This document shows positions 55,318 to 64,000 of a DNA stretch of 64,000 nt, piece by piece. Under the pieces are notes generated by a model. That model ran no database searches and was not told the origin of the DNA. It saw only the letters and a list, made by a program, of their open reading frames with translations. Each line of letters starts with the position of its first letter. Position 1 is the stretch's first letter. Both the position numbers and the translations under genes were made by a program. The DNA lies in assembly GCA_964570515.1 (NCBI GenBank), contig CAZMYM010000006.1, positions 15,613-79,612 of the forward strand, in the 5' to 3' direction. Source of the DNA: an uncultured Thermotogae bacterium. GTDB lineage: Bacteria > Bipolaricaulota > Bipolaricaulia > UBA7950 > UBA9294.

Positions 55318-56217
55318 TCACGCCGCCACAGTGGTCCCGGCGGCACCGACGGCGGCATCAACCCTGATGGTCCCGTCGGCCTTGAGAGTTACTCGCGCGC
55401 GCCGATCGGCCCAACACTGGACGGCAATTCCGAGCGGCAGGGACGCCGGGTGCCGATGCGCGTACTCGACGTGGACGGCGAGACAGGTCGTTTCGCCCCC
55501 GAGCCCCATTGGGCCGACCCCGCTCATGTTGATCAGTTCGAGCAGCTCGCGCTCTAGTTCGGCGGCTTGGGGTTCCGGGTTCGCGGAGCCGATCGCCCGC
55601 AGCAGGGCTTTCTTGCCGAGCTTCATCGCGACGTCTGCGCCTCCGCCGATTCCGACTCCGACGATCGTCGGCGGACAGGGTTTCCCCCGACAAGAGACGA
55701 CGTGCTCGACGACGGCCCTCTTGACCCCTGTCAGGCCCGCGCTGGGCGAAAGCATCACCAGTGTGCTCATGTTCTCGCTTCCACCGCCCTTCGGTAGAAC
55801 CGTGATCTGGATCTCGTCTCCGTCGACGATCTCCCAGTCGATGATCGGCATGCAGCGCCCGGTGTTGTCGCCCGGGTTCACACCGGTGAACAGGTCGACG
55901 GTGTTCGGACGAAGGGGGATCCGTTCGGTTGCCTCGATGACGGCCGATGCGATGAAGCCGCGGATCTTGGCGAGGAATGGGCTCGCTGCGCCGGCCTCGA
56001 CGAAGAACGTCAGGACTCCCGTGTCCTGGCAAATCGGGATCGAGTCTTCGTGTGCGATCGCCACGTTCTCGAGGATCGCGTCGAGCTGAGCCGCCGCAAG
56101 GTCAGAGGTTTCGCGAGCTCGCGCGCGCTTCAGCGCCTCGACGACATCGCACGGCAGAATCGTCGCCGCGACCCGAAGCGCGTCGGTCACCGCATCTTGA
56201 ATCCTGTCGCTGCTCAC
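55318..56217 (-). CDS. Class I fumarate hydratase / L(+)-tartrate dehydratase family, alpha subunit
   Basis: 299 aa. The CQDTG motif and Fe-S cluster-ligating Cys residues. Confidence 0.85.
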   Translation of the reverse strand: MSSDRIQDAVTDALRVAATILPCDVVEALKRARARETSDLAAAQLDAILENVAIAHEDSIPICQDTGVLTFFVEAGAASPFLAKIRGFIASAVIEATERIPLRPNTVDLFTGVNPGDNTGRCMPIIDWEIVDGDEIQITVLPKGGGSENMSTLVMLSPSAGLTGVKRAVVEHVVSCRGKPCPPTIVGVGIGGGADVAMKLGKKALLRAIGSANPEPQAAELERELLELINMSGVGPMGLGGETTCLAVHVEYAHRHPASLPLGIAVQCWADRRARVTLKADGTIRVDAAVGAAGTTVAA

Positions 56218-56396
56218 GTCACTCCTTGTTGTCTCATGGCCTTGCCGATCCCAGTGGCTGGCGGGCCACGTCGCGAAGGTATGCGAACAGGTCGCCGCGA
56301 TTCAAGTGTGCGGGCCGAGGCACACTCACTTCGGAGGAGCTTTGCAGTCGGTCGAGGCGTCCGGTACTGTAGATCGGGTCAGAGAGGAAGTGGATC

Positions 56397-57647
56397 ATGA
56401 AGGGGATTCTGGTCATTGCGGATGGGCTCGGCGGACGCCCGACAGACGTTGACGGAAAGACGTGTCTCGAGGCGGCAAGAACGCCGGTCGTCGACGAGCT
56501 GGCCGCGCGAGGCGCGCTCGGGCTTGTCGATCCTATCGGGCCCGGCATACGTCCCGGAAGTGACACCGCACACCTCTCCCTCCTCGGCTACGACCCGTAC
56601 GCGGTGTACACGGGACGAGGTGTCTTCGAGTGCCTAGGGATCGGAATGGACGTTCGCGAAGGCGACGTCTGTTTCCGCGCCAACTTCGCTGCCGTCGAGA
56701 CGCGCGGCTCGGAGTTCATCGTCACCGATCGGCGCGCTGGGCGGATCGAGTCCGGACAGGACGCACTGGCCTCCGCGTTGAACGAGATCTCTCTCGAGAG
56801 CGTGCCGGGCGTGTCGTTCGAATTCCGGGCGAGCACACAGCACCGAGGAGCCCTGTTGCTTCGAGGTGACGGCCTATCGCGGCACGTGACCGAGAACGAT
56901 CCCCACGGCACGGGGAAACCGGCGCCTCCGTTCGAGGCAGAAGCGGGCCACGACGACGAAGCGGCGCGGCGGACGGCCGCTGCCCTCAATGAATTCGTCC
57001 AACGCGCCCACGACGCGCTGCGCGATCACCCCGTGAATCTCCGTCGCATCGAGGAGGGCAAACCGCCCGCCAACTTCGTCTTGGCCCGAGGCGCGGCCGA
57101 CCATCCTCGAATCGAATCGATCGACTCGATCTACGGAGTGCGGGGAGCCGTGATCTCAGGGGGTGCTCTCTATCGCGGCGTCGCGCTGGCCTGCGGGTTG
57201 ACGCCGATCGACGTCGCCGGAGCGACGGGCGGTCTCGACACGGACTTGCGTGCGAAGGCGGCCGCGACGCTGGCAGCGCTCAAGTCGTTCGACTACGTCT
57301 TCACGCACATCAAAGGAACCGACAACGCCGGGCACGACCAGGATGCACCTGCGAAAACTGCGTTCATCGAGCGGATCGATCGCGAGTTCTTCGGACCGCT
57401 GCTCGAAGGGCTGGACGCGTCGATCACGCACCTCGCTTTCACCGGCGATCACACGACGCCGATCGACTTCGGCGATCACACGCACGAGCCGGTTCCGGTA
57501 CTGTTCTTCGGACCGAATGTCCTGCTGGATCAGACGACGGCCTTCGGCGAGAGAGAGGCGGGACGAGGAGGCCTCGGCCGGTGGAGCGGCCGCGTGCTTC
57601 CGATGCTGCTCGGCTACAACAACTGGTCTCCCAAGTTCGGCTCGTAG
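56397..57647 (+). CDS. apgM: Cofactor-independent phosphoglycerate mutase, archaeal type (ApgM)
   Basis: 416 aa. MKGILVIADGLGGRP N-terminus, metal-binding His/Asp motifs (TGDHTTP, DHTHEPVP). Confidence 0.88.
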   Translation: MKGILVIADGLGGRPTDVDGKTCLEAARTPVVDELAARGALGLVDPIGPGIRPGSDTAHLSLLGYDPYAVYTGRGVFECLGIGMDVREGDVCFRANFAAVETRGSEFIVTDRRAGRIESGQDALASALNEISLESVPGVSFEFRASTQHRGALLLRGDGLSRHVTENDPHGTGKPAPPFEAEAGHDDEAARRTAAALNEFVQRAHDALRDHPVNLRRIEEGKPPANFVLARGAADHPRIESIDSIYGVRGAVISGGALYRGVALACGLTPIDVAGATGGLDTDLRAKAAATLAALKSFDYVFTHIKGTDNAGHDQDAPAKTAFIERIDREFFGPLLEGLDASITHLAFTGDHTTPIDFGDHTHEPVPVLFFGPNVLLDQTTAFGEREAGRGGLGRWSGRVLPMLLGYNNWSPKFGS

Positions 57648-57684
57648 TCGGGGGCACGTGACACCGGATCGAGGCTTCTAGTTT

Positions 57685-58176
57685 CTACTCGAGGGCGAGA
57701 AGCTGGCCGTTGAGCAGGGCGACGTGGCTCTTCTCCTCGTCGATGATTCGCGCCACTCGATCCCGGCCGAGGCGTGTCGAGACCAGATCCTTGAGGCCCA
57801 AGTAGAAGAGAATCGACTCCTTCTCCAGGCCGATGGCGATACGCAGCACCTCGGCCGGAGAGCTTGTCTGCGCGACGAGCTCGGCCGGATCGTTCGAGTT
57901 GTCGAAGATCTCCGAGTTGGCCATCGCGGCGAGGTAGGCTTGCGTCTCGTCTTGTGGGTCGAACGCCGTCTGCCCCTTCTCATCTGAGGAGAGTTCCTGT
58001 CGGATGGCGGCGAACGTCTGCTCGTGGGTGATTTCCATCTCGGCCAGCTCGACGAACCTCTCCTTGAACGCCGGGTCCGCCGTCGCCTCGGCCGCGGCGC
58101 GATAGAAGCGCACGCCGTTCCGCTCGATCCGCTCGGCCATCTGAAGAATCTCGTCTGCGTTGAATCCGAACGACAT
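57685..58176 (-). CDS. Rubrerythrin/ferritin-like domain protein
   Basis: 163 aa. ExxH di-iron-type motifs (EMEITHEQ, EEKSHVALL). Confidence 0.65.
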   Translation of the reverse strand: MSFGFNADEILQMAERIERNGVRFYRAAAEATADPAFKERFVELAEMEITHEQTFAAIRQELSSDEKGQTAFDPQDETQAYLAAMANSEIFDNSNDPAELVAQTSSPAEVLRIAIGLEKESILFYLGLKDLVSTRLGRDRVARIIDEEKSHVALLNGQLLALE

Positions 58177-58365
58177 GTCGGCTCCTCTCTGATCTGTGCC
58201 GTCTGATCATACCGCCAACGGTCGGGCGGTTGTAGGACCGCGGAGGCGGGAGGCGCTGACGTATCCCCGGTCCTCGCGGAACGATCACGGGTCAGCTTGC
58301 GTCGGTACCCCTTGAAACGGGGAAGAAGGCCGTCTATTCTGGATTGCACGGGGCCGGAGGTGGGC

Positions 58366-59736
58366 ATGCACAAGGAGATTTCACCGCTCGACGGGCGATA
58401 TCGAGAACGCTTGAGCCGACTCGGGGAATCCTTCTCCGAGTTCGCGTTGGTGAAGGCTCGATGCGAAGTCGAGCTCTGCTTTCTGGAAGCGCTCGACGCG
58501 ACCGGCCTCTTCCCTCCGTTGACGGAAGAAGAGAAGTCTCGGGTTGTTGCGCTGAGAGACTCCTTCGGCGGGGAGGACTTCGCGTGCGTCAAAGCGATCG
58601 AGGCCGAGATCCGCCACGACGTCAAGGCTTGCGAGCGGTTCCTGAGGGAGAAGCTAGCGCTCGCGAATCCCAACCTCATCCACTTCGGCCTGACGTCCGC
58701 CGACGTCAACAACCTCGCCTACGGCCTGCTCTTGGCGCGATACCGCGACGAGATCCAGCTCCCGCAGCTGCGCAATCTAATCGAAGAGCTTTCCGTCTTG
58801 GCCGAACGCTGGAAGGCGATCGCGTTCCCCGCACGGACGCACGGGCAGCCGGCGTCCCCGACGACGGCCGGGAAGGAGATCGCCGTCTTCGTCTCGCGGC
58901 TCGTGCGGCAGGGGAAGCAGCTCGAGGCGCACAGGTTCCGCGGGAAGCTGACCGGGGCGACCGGCACCTTCGCGTCGTTCGACGCGCCCTACCCTGACTT
59001 CGATTGGATCGGCTTCTCGGAACGCTTCGTGTCGAGCCTCGGCCTCGAACCGAACTCGTGCACGACGCAGATCGAAGACCACGATGGGCTGGCCGAGTAC
59101 TTCGGGATCGTGTCGAGAATCAACAACATCGTCCTGGATCTGGATCTTGATCTCTGGGAGTACTTGTCCCGCGGCGACATGGTCCAGCGGGCGGATGACG
59201 GCGAGATCGGCTCCTCGACGATGCCGCACAAGGTGAACCCGATCCGGTTCGAGAACAGCGAAGGGAACTTGACCATCTCGAATGCGCTCCTGCACGCGTT
59301 CTCCGAGAAGCTGACCCGCTCCCGAATGCAGCGCGATCTCTCAGACACGACGGTCAAGCGCAACATCGGCGTGGCCCTTGCGCACGGCTACCTCGCGGTC
59401 GCCGAGACAATCGGGGGCCTCGCCGAGATCGAGATCGACGAGGCGACGGCGCGGGCTCACGTCGATGCCTCGCCCGCGGTCCTGGCGGAGGCGATCCAGA
59501 CGATCCTCCGCGCCGAGGGGATTGACGATCCCTACGAGCTGCTTCGGACCGCGACGCGGGGCAGGCAGATCACTATCGAGGGTCTTCGCGATCTGGTCGA
59601 CGGCATCGACGTTTCGGAGAAGGTCAAAGAGCGGCTGAACGAGCTCGTGCCGACGGACTATGTCGGACTGGCCGCTCGCGTGTGCGAACTTGCCCTCGCG
59701 GATGCGCGCGCGTGGCTTGGAGCGTCGGAAGCCTAG
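58366..59736 (+). CDS. purB: Adenylosuccinate lyase
   Basis: ORF 58297..59736. ATG at 58366 follows GGAGGTGGGC. N-terminus MHKEISPLDGRYRERL (cf. E. coli MELSSLTAVSPVDGRYG..) and a fumarate-lyase signature region. Confidence 0.9.
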   Translation: MHKEISPLDGRYRERLSRLGESFSEFALVKARCEVELCFLEALDATGLFPPLTEEEKSRVVALRDSFGGEDFACVKAIEAEIRHDVKACERFLREKLALANPNLIHFGLTSADVNNLAYGLLLARYRDEIQLPQLRNLIEELSVLAERWKAIAFPARTHGQPASPTTAGKEIAVFVSRLVRQGKQLEAHRFRGKLTGATGTFASFDAPYPDFDWIGFSERFVSSLGLEPNSCTTQIEDHDGLAEYFGIVSRINNIVLDLDLDLWEYLSRGDMVQRADDGEIGSSTMPHKVNPIRFENSEGNLTISNALLHAFSEKLTRSRMQRDLSDTTVKRNIGVALAHGYLAVAETIGGLAEIEIDEATARAHVDASPAVLAEAIQTILRAEGIDDPYELLRTATRGRQITIEGLRDLVDGIDVSEKVKERLNELVPTDYVGLAARVCELALADARAWLGASEA

Positions 59737-59768
59737 CTTCGTTCCTGACGCAAACGGGCGCTACTCGA

Positions 59769-60566
59769 TCAGGTGTCGGTCAGTTTCCCACGGAGCACGG
59801 TCACGGCCCGGCCTCCGAGGATCACTCGATCCCCGCTGACGCGCACGCGGACGACGCCTCCGCGCTTCGACGCCTGGTATCCGACCATCTCCGTCATCCC
59901 CAGCTTCTTGCCCCAGTAGGGAGCAAGGGCGCAGTGGGCCGAACTGGTAACCGGGTCCTCCTCGATCCCTGCGCCGGGGGCGAAGAAGCGAGAGACGAAG
60001 TCGTAATCCGCCGTTTCGCCTTCCGCGGTCACGATCACGCCGCGAACGCCGAGCCTTTTGAGGTTTCCGAAGTCGGGCGCGACGCCTCGGACGATCGATT
60101 CGCTCTCGACTTCAACGAGGTAGTCGAACCGCGTCCGCCCGACGTGGGCTGCGGCGACGCCGAGGGCGTCGAGGAGGCCGTCCGGCGGGTCGACAGCCTC
60201 TGGCGGATTCGCCGGGAAGTCGAGTTCGATCCGGTCGCCGTTCCGATCGGCCGTCAGCAGGCCGCTGGCGGTGTGGAATCGGGCCCGGGTATCAGGTGAG
60301 AGGGTCCCGGTCTCCCACAGGATGTGCGCCGTGGCGAGCGTCGCGTGGCCGCATAGCTCGACTTCGACCGCCGGCGTGAACCAGCGAAGGTCGAAGTCGC
60401 CAACGGCCCGCCTGGAGACGAACGCCGTCTCAGCCAGATTCATCTCCATCGCGACATTCTGCATCCAGGCATCGTCTCGCGGTTCCTTCAGGATGCAGAC
60501 CCCGGCCGGATTTCCCTTGAACGCCTCCGCCGTGAACGCGTCGACTTGATAGATCGGGACGGCCAT
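59769..60566 (-). CDS. PhzF-family isomerase (phenazine biosynthesis-like protein)
   Basis: 265 aa. MAVPIYQVDAFTAEAFKGNPAGVC is the PhzF N-terminus. Catalytic Glu region ETAFV. Confidence 0.85.
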   Translation of the reverse strand: MAVPIYQVDAFTAEAFKGNPAGVCILKEPRDDAWMQNVAMEMNLAETAFVSRRAVGDFDLRWFTPAVEVELCGHATLATAHILWETGTLSPDTRARFHTASGLLTADRNGDRIELDFPANPPEAVDPPDGLLDALGVAAAHVGRTRFDYLVEVESESIVRGVAPDFGNLKRLGVRGVIVTAEGETADYDFVSRFFAPGAGIEEDPVTSSAHCALAPYWGKKLGMTEMVGYQASKRGGVVRVRVSGDRVILGGRAVTVLRGKLTDT

Positions 60567-60965
60567 GAGATCCCCCTTTCAGGTCCCAAAGAGTGGCGGA
60601 ATCCTACGCGATCTGAGCGGTCTGATCTCGCGACGAGACGCGCCGTGTGTTTCTGTGACCCGTCTCAGATGCCCGTGCGTCGGCCGAGGGCGGTTCTTCG
60701 TCGTGGCGGAGTGGGTGAGCGTAGAACCCATCCTCGTTCGGGGTTTCCCGTGAGGTTTCCGCGAAGTGAGTGTGACACGCGTCACACCGCCCTCGCACCT
60801 TTGGGCGGGCGGTGTGTGATGAACAACACACTCCCCCCATCCCCCGGTCCCAACTTCCCGAGTGTGACAGACATAACATCGTGGCGGAGTGCCCCGGCGA
60901 GGCATTCCGCCTCGCTGCTCGATAGAGCAGCGAGCGTCTGCAACGGAAAGCGAAGGAAGTCGGAA

Positions 60966-62030
60966 ATGATCGACCGACTCCGGGTGGTACGTAGATTGGG
61001 AATGGTGCTGTCGGTCGCGGTTGCCATCGCGTTTCTTCCGGTGGTCGCAAGTGCCGAAGACCCGTGCACGAAGCGACCGGATCTGTGGCTCCCGCCCGAT
61101 GGAACGCCGGGACTGGAAGGCGGCGGGATCTCCGTCCAGAAGACGAGCGGCGACGTTTGCGAGAGTGACGTGGTCACGATCACGGTCACCATTGACAACC
61201 TCAGCTGCGGCGACGCGGGACCATTCGACGTCACCGTGTACTACGACGATCTGAGTCACATCATCGGAACGCAGCACGTCGACGGGCTTCTAGGCTGCGA
61301 ATTCACCGTGTTGACGTTCACGTGGGACACAAGCGGCGCTCCGACCGGCGAGCATGAGATCATCGCCTGTGCGGACACCGGCGGTGACGTCATCGAACTG
61401 AATGAGGGGAACAACTGTCTCACGGTCGACACGAGTCTGATTGTTCGGCCGAATGCGCCGATGATCGAGGCAACCAAGATCGGCATCGATGCAAACGGTG
61501 GTACGGTGCAGCCGGGCGACGAGATTCGTTACGAAATCGTGATTCGCAATCTTGGGTGCGCCGATCTGGAAGACAACCCCGGGCATGAATTCACCGACAC
61601 GCTCCCCGCCGGGCTGACGGCAACAGGTTTCGCGACCGCGAGCCGCGGAACCATTGCCGTGACCGGGAACCAGATCGTCTGGGACGGCGACATCCCGGCC
61701 GGGGGCGAGGTGATCCTCGTGTTCCGAACTCAAGTCGACGCCGACGTCGAGGAGTTCACCTCGATCTGCAATCAAGGGTCCGTTCAGTGGGACAGCAACG
61801 GTGACGGCACCAACGACAGCGTGGAGCCGACGGACGATCCGGATACGCCGGAGGACGACGACCCGTCATGCTTCACCGTCGAAAGCACTCCTGAGCCGCC
61901 GATGCTGACGGGAACGGTCGACGCGCCGACGCTGTCCGAATGGGGAATGATCCTTCTTTCGATGCTACTTGCGCTCGCCTTTCTGCGGAAGGTCACCGCG
62001 CGCCGTGTCACGGCGACGAGGGGCGGGTGA
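60966..62030 (+). CDS. Secreted CARDB/DUF11-like repeat protein with IPTL-CTERM exosortase sorting signal
   Basis: ORF 60546..62030. ATG at 60966 gives the signal peptide MIDRLRVVRRLGMVLSVAVAIAFLPVVASA. The C-terminus ..APTLSEWGMILLSMLLALAFLRKV matches the IPTL-CTERM pattern (xPTLSEWG, TM helix, basic tail). Confidence 0.8.
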   Translation: MIDRLRVVRRLGMVLSVAVAIAFLPVVASAEDPCTKRPDLWLPPDGTPGLEGGGISVQKTSGDVCESDVVTITVTIDNLSCGDAGPFDVTVYYDDLSHIIGTQHVDGLLGCEFTVLTFTWDTSGAPTGEHEIIACADTGGDVIELNEGNNCLTVDTSLIVRPNAPMIEATKIGIDANGGTVQPGDEIRYEIVIRNLGCADLEDNPGHEFTDTLPAGLTATGFATASRGTIAVTGNQIVWDGDIPAGGEVILVFRTQVDADVEEFTSICNQGSVQWDSNGDGTNDSVEPTDDPDTPEDDDPSCFTVESTPEPPMLTGTVDAPTLSEWGMILLSMLLALAFLRKVTARRVTATRGG

Positions 62031-62051
62031 TCGGAGCATGCTGGTGCGTGG

Positions 62052-62561
62052 GTGGTCTCGGCTGAGGGTACTAGCCCGCAGCCGACGTTTCTGGGCGACC
62101 GGAGCCGTTCTCTTGGCAACCGTTGTGGGGCTGCTCTGGGTGTCGGGAAGCCCCGGCTGCATGGCCGTCATCCAGCGGGGCTTGCTCGGGTCACCGGCAC
62201 GCTGCTCAACGTCCTGGGGCACTCGACTTCGGTCAGCGGCAACACCGTGGCAACTGAATCCTTCGGGATCTCCGTCGTCACGGCGTGCACGGGGATCTTC
62301 GTCCTGGGCCTCTACCTGGTGGCCGTGATCGCGTATCCGTGCCGGTGGATCTCCAAGCTTCTCGGCGTGCTTCTGGGCATCGGCGGCGTCTTCATGCTGA
62401 ACCTCATTCGCCTGATCTCGCTCTTCTACGTTGGGATGCACATGCCGCAGCACTTCGATGCCGTGCATCAGCTGGTCTGGCAGTCGCTGATGATCGCCTT
62501 TGTTGTCTTGCTCTGGCTCTTCTGGGTCGGGAGGTGGACGCATGCTCCGCACAAGGCGTGA
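62052..62561 (+). CDS. Exosortase/archaeosortase family protein (short; probable frameshift with the upstream frame 61969..62190)
   Basis: The frame of ORF 62052 encodes LARVTGTLLNVLGHSTSVSGNTVATESFGISVVTACTGIFVL (cf. exosortase ..TA..SA.LLNLLG....EGN...L....L.V..ACSGi..) plus three TM helices. The expected N-terminal TM helix FWATGAVLLATVVGLLWVSG is in the +1 frame ORF 61969..62328. Confidence 0.6.
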   Translation: MVSAEGTSPQPTFLGDRSRSLGNRCGAALGVGKPRLHGRHPAGLARVTGTLLNVLGHSTSVSGNTVATESFGISVVTACTGIFVLGLYLVAVIAYPCRWISKLLGVLLGIGGVFMLNLIRLISLFYVGMHMPQHFDAVHQLVWQSLMIAFVVLLWLFWVGRWTHAPHKA

Positions 62562-63147
62562 ACGCACTGGCTCCTTCTGGAAGCCGGCCCTGCGCTTTGG
62601 GGGCATCTTTGCGCTGTGCCTCATCGCTTTGGCCGTAGCCTGGCCGAGAATCTCAGGCCCGTACGCCGCCGCGATCGAGCAGGTGGTGCGCCCGACATTG
62701 CACGCGGTCGAAGCGACCGATCCGACCGTCGTGCATCGCGACGGAGATGAGATTTGGGTCCACCGGCAGATCGGGGAGGGACGCGTCACTCCGGTGGTCT
62801 GGTTCGACCGCTACGCGTTCTTCGCCATCGTTCCGCTGCTGGCGCTTCTCATGGCGACGCCCGGCCTCGGGCTGCGCAGCCGCGTGTTCCGAACTGTGAG
62901 GGCGCTCACGGCGCTCTTCCTGTTCCACATCACGTACATCGTCGTGTCCGTCGAGCTGCTCTACGCAGCATCCTGGACGCGGTCCCTCGGCAGCGTGCAG
63001 CTGATCGTCCGCATGCTCTGGGAGGCGGCCCCCGTAGCCATCTGGATTGCTTTCACGGCGGGCACATGGCGGCTTCAGTTTAGACGTTGGATGGCCGGAT
63101 CGAAAACCCGCTGTCCGGCTGCAGCACCGATAGGAGTTAGCGGATGA
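62542..63147 (+). CDS. Hypothetical polytopic membrane protein (exosortase-associated?)
   Basis: ORF 62500..63147. ATG at 62542 follows GGGAGGTGG. About 4 TM helices. It overlaps the exosortase stop. Confidence 0.55.
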   Translation: MLRTRRERTGSFWKPALRFGGIFALCLIALAVAWPRISGPYAAAIEQVVRPTLHAVEATDPTVVHRDGDEIWVHRQIGEGRVTPVVWFDRYAFFAIVPLLALLMATPGLGLRSRVFRTVRALTALFLFHITYIVVSVELLYAASWTRSLGSVQLIVRMLWEAAPVAIWIAFTAGTWRLQFRRWMAGSKTRCPAAAPIGVSG

Positions 63148-64000
63148 ACGCACGACGGAAGCAGGGGGAGCAGTGTGGGATGGTGAGGATCGGACGTGCA
63201 GGGATTGCGGCCATCGCACTCCTCGCAGTTGCGATCACTCCGCTTGTCTTGATGGCGTCTGACGCGGAGCTCTTCTTCTCGACCGACAAGCACGGTGAGG
63301 ACAGGGTGACGAAGATTCGCGAGGGAGACCAGATCTGGATTGTCGTCCACGATCCGGATGAGGACATCGACTGCGACGTTCGAGACAAGGTCTGGACTGA
63401 CATCAAGGTCATGGACGTGAAGACCGGCGCGCACATCGTCTGGAAGAGCTACATCGACGCCGGCGGAGCCGACACGAACAACGACGGACTCGGCGACGTC
63501 CTGTGGGGCCAAGTCGGCTACGTTCCGCACAAGGGCCACTGGCCAGGCCCGACAGCTGGCTGGCTGCAGGAAGACTTCCTGGAGGAGACGGATCACGGCA
63601 CCGGGCTCTTCGTGAGCATTCGTCCATTTCAGATCGGGACGCGCGTCAACTACTCCACGAAGGGGATCGATCACGCCCACATCCCGGGACCGTTCACGCC
63701 TGCGGCACCGTTCGTCAATCCGACGGATTTCCACTGGGGTGGGTATCTCTATGCAGTTCCAACGTGGCCGGCCCCGCTTGCTCCGCCGCCTGCTCCGCCT
63801 CCCTTCGGCGACAGCCGCGTGTGGGTTGCTCCAAACTCCGGAACGGTTGCCGCAGCGGCGGTTGTGGCGCCGGGAGGGAACGCCTACACGTCGCCCGGCG
63901 TGGTTGGAGCTCCGGCGGGAAGCTACATGCTCGGCCGGTTCGAGAACAACGACACGATCACCGGCCTCTACGTTGATCAGGACGACATGTCCGACGTGGG
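63144..64000 (+). CDS. Secreted hypothetical protein (partial; runs off the window end)
   Basis: Own translation from ATG 63144 (SD AGGAG 7 nt upstream, ATGA overlap with the previous stop): MNARRKQGEQCGMVRIGRAGIAAIALLAVAITPLVLMASDAELFFSTDKHGEDRVTKIREGDQIWIVVHDPDEDIDCDVRDKVW... More than 285 codons read without a stop. There is a Pro-rich linker PAPLAPPPAPPPFG. Not in the ORF track because it is open-ended. Confidence 0.6.
   Translation, partial: MNARRKQGEQCGMVRIGRAGIAAIALLAVAITPLVLMASDAELFFSTDKHGEDRVTKIREGDQIWIVVHDPDEDIDCDVRDKVWTDIKVMDVKTGAHIVWKSYIDAGGADTNNDGLGDVLWGQVGYVPHKGHWPGPTAGWLQEDFLEETDHGTGLFVSIRPFQIGTRVNYSTKGIDHAHIPGPFTPAAPFVNPTDFHWGGYLYAVPTWPAPLAPPPAPPPFGDSRVWVAPNSGTVAAAAVVAPGGNAYTSPGVVGAPAGSYMLGRFENNDTITGLYVDQDDMSDV

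Noticed and set aside
1-64000. CRISPR arrays, IS elements, integrases, tRNA genes
   Set aside because: No regularly spaced short repeats with unique spacers were seen. No transposase (DDE/HTH) or tyrosine/serine recombinase signatures appeared in any credible ORF. No sequence folds into a canonical tRNA cloverleaf. The repeats found (A, B, junction 13-mers) are few-copy duplications, not arrays.

Overview
High-GC (~65-70%) bacterial chromosomal segment with three blocks. (1) 1-24.4 kb is a housekeeping backbone: hypF (partial, runs off the window start), gdh, a small ACT/zinc-ribbon protein, copA, archaeal-type FBP aldolase/phosphatase, hpt, tsaD, a DUF1385-rpmE-rpsI string, a pyridine-nucleotide-disulfide oxidoreductase, a GNAT-like/archaeal-type thiolase/DUF35 operon, xpt-guaA, an FAD oxidoreductase, a GNAT, DUF72 and a Na/Pi cotransporter. 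(2) 24.4-41.8 kb is a mosaic accessory region. It carries two ~380-bp direct repeats (A1, A2) and a second repeat pair (B'/B), of which B' is an in-frame remnant of a paralogous gene 3' end. Between the A copies lies an MFS exporter translationally coupled to a divergent APRT-family phosphoribosyltransferase, a C-terminal APRT gene fragment, a transglutaminase-like protein and an unknown protein in an operon, and a second near-identical APRT-like gene. Further along are an orphan RHH protein, a SAM-methyltransferase-like gene, a sulfation module (sulfotransferase plus a 507-aa unknown, divergent from a CysC-Sat PAPS-synthase-like fusion), a Cys/His-motif unknown, and a HEPN/MNT (HepT/MntA) toxin-antitoxin pair. 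(3) 41.8-64 kb returns to metabolism: a cyclase, oxamate-carbamoyltransferase-like FdrA/YlbE next to a three-subunit xanthine-dehydrogenase-family enzyme, PhoU-like regulator, malic enzyme, two-subunit class I fumarase, ApgM, PurB and PhzF. It ends with an IPTL-CTERM secreted protein followed by an apparently frameshifted exosortase and two membrane/secreted proteins. No rRNA, tRNA, CRISPR array, transposase or integrase was recognised. The most interesting candidate for an undescribed system is the repeat-bounded MFS / APRT-like (x2 plus fragment) / transglutaminase-like / unknown cassette at 25.4-30.3 kb. Many long ORFs in the supplied track are antisense artefacts of the high GC content and were rejected.
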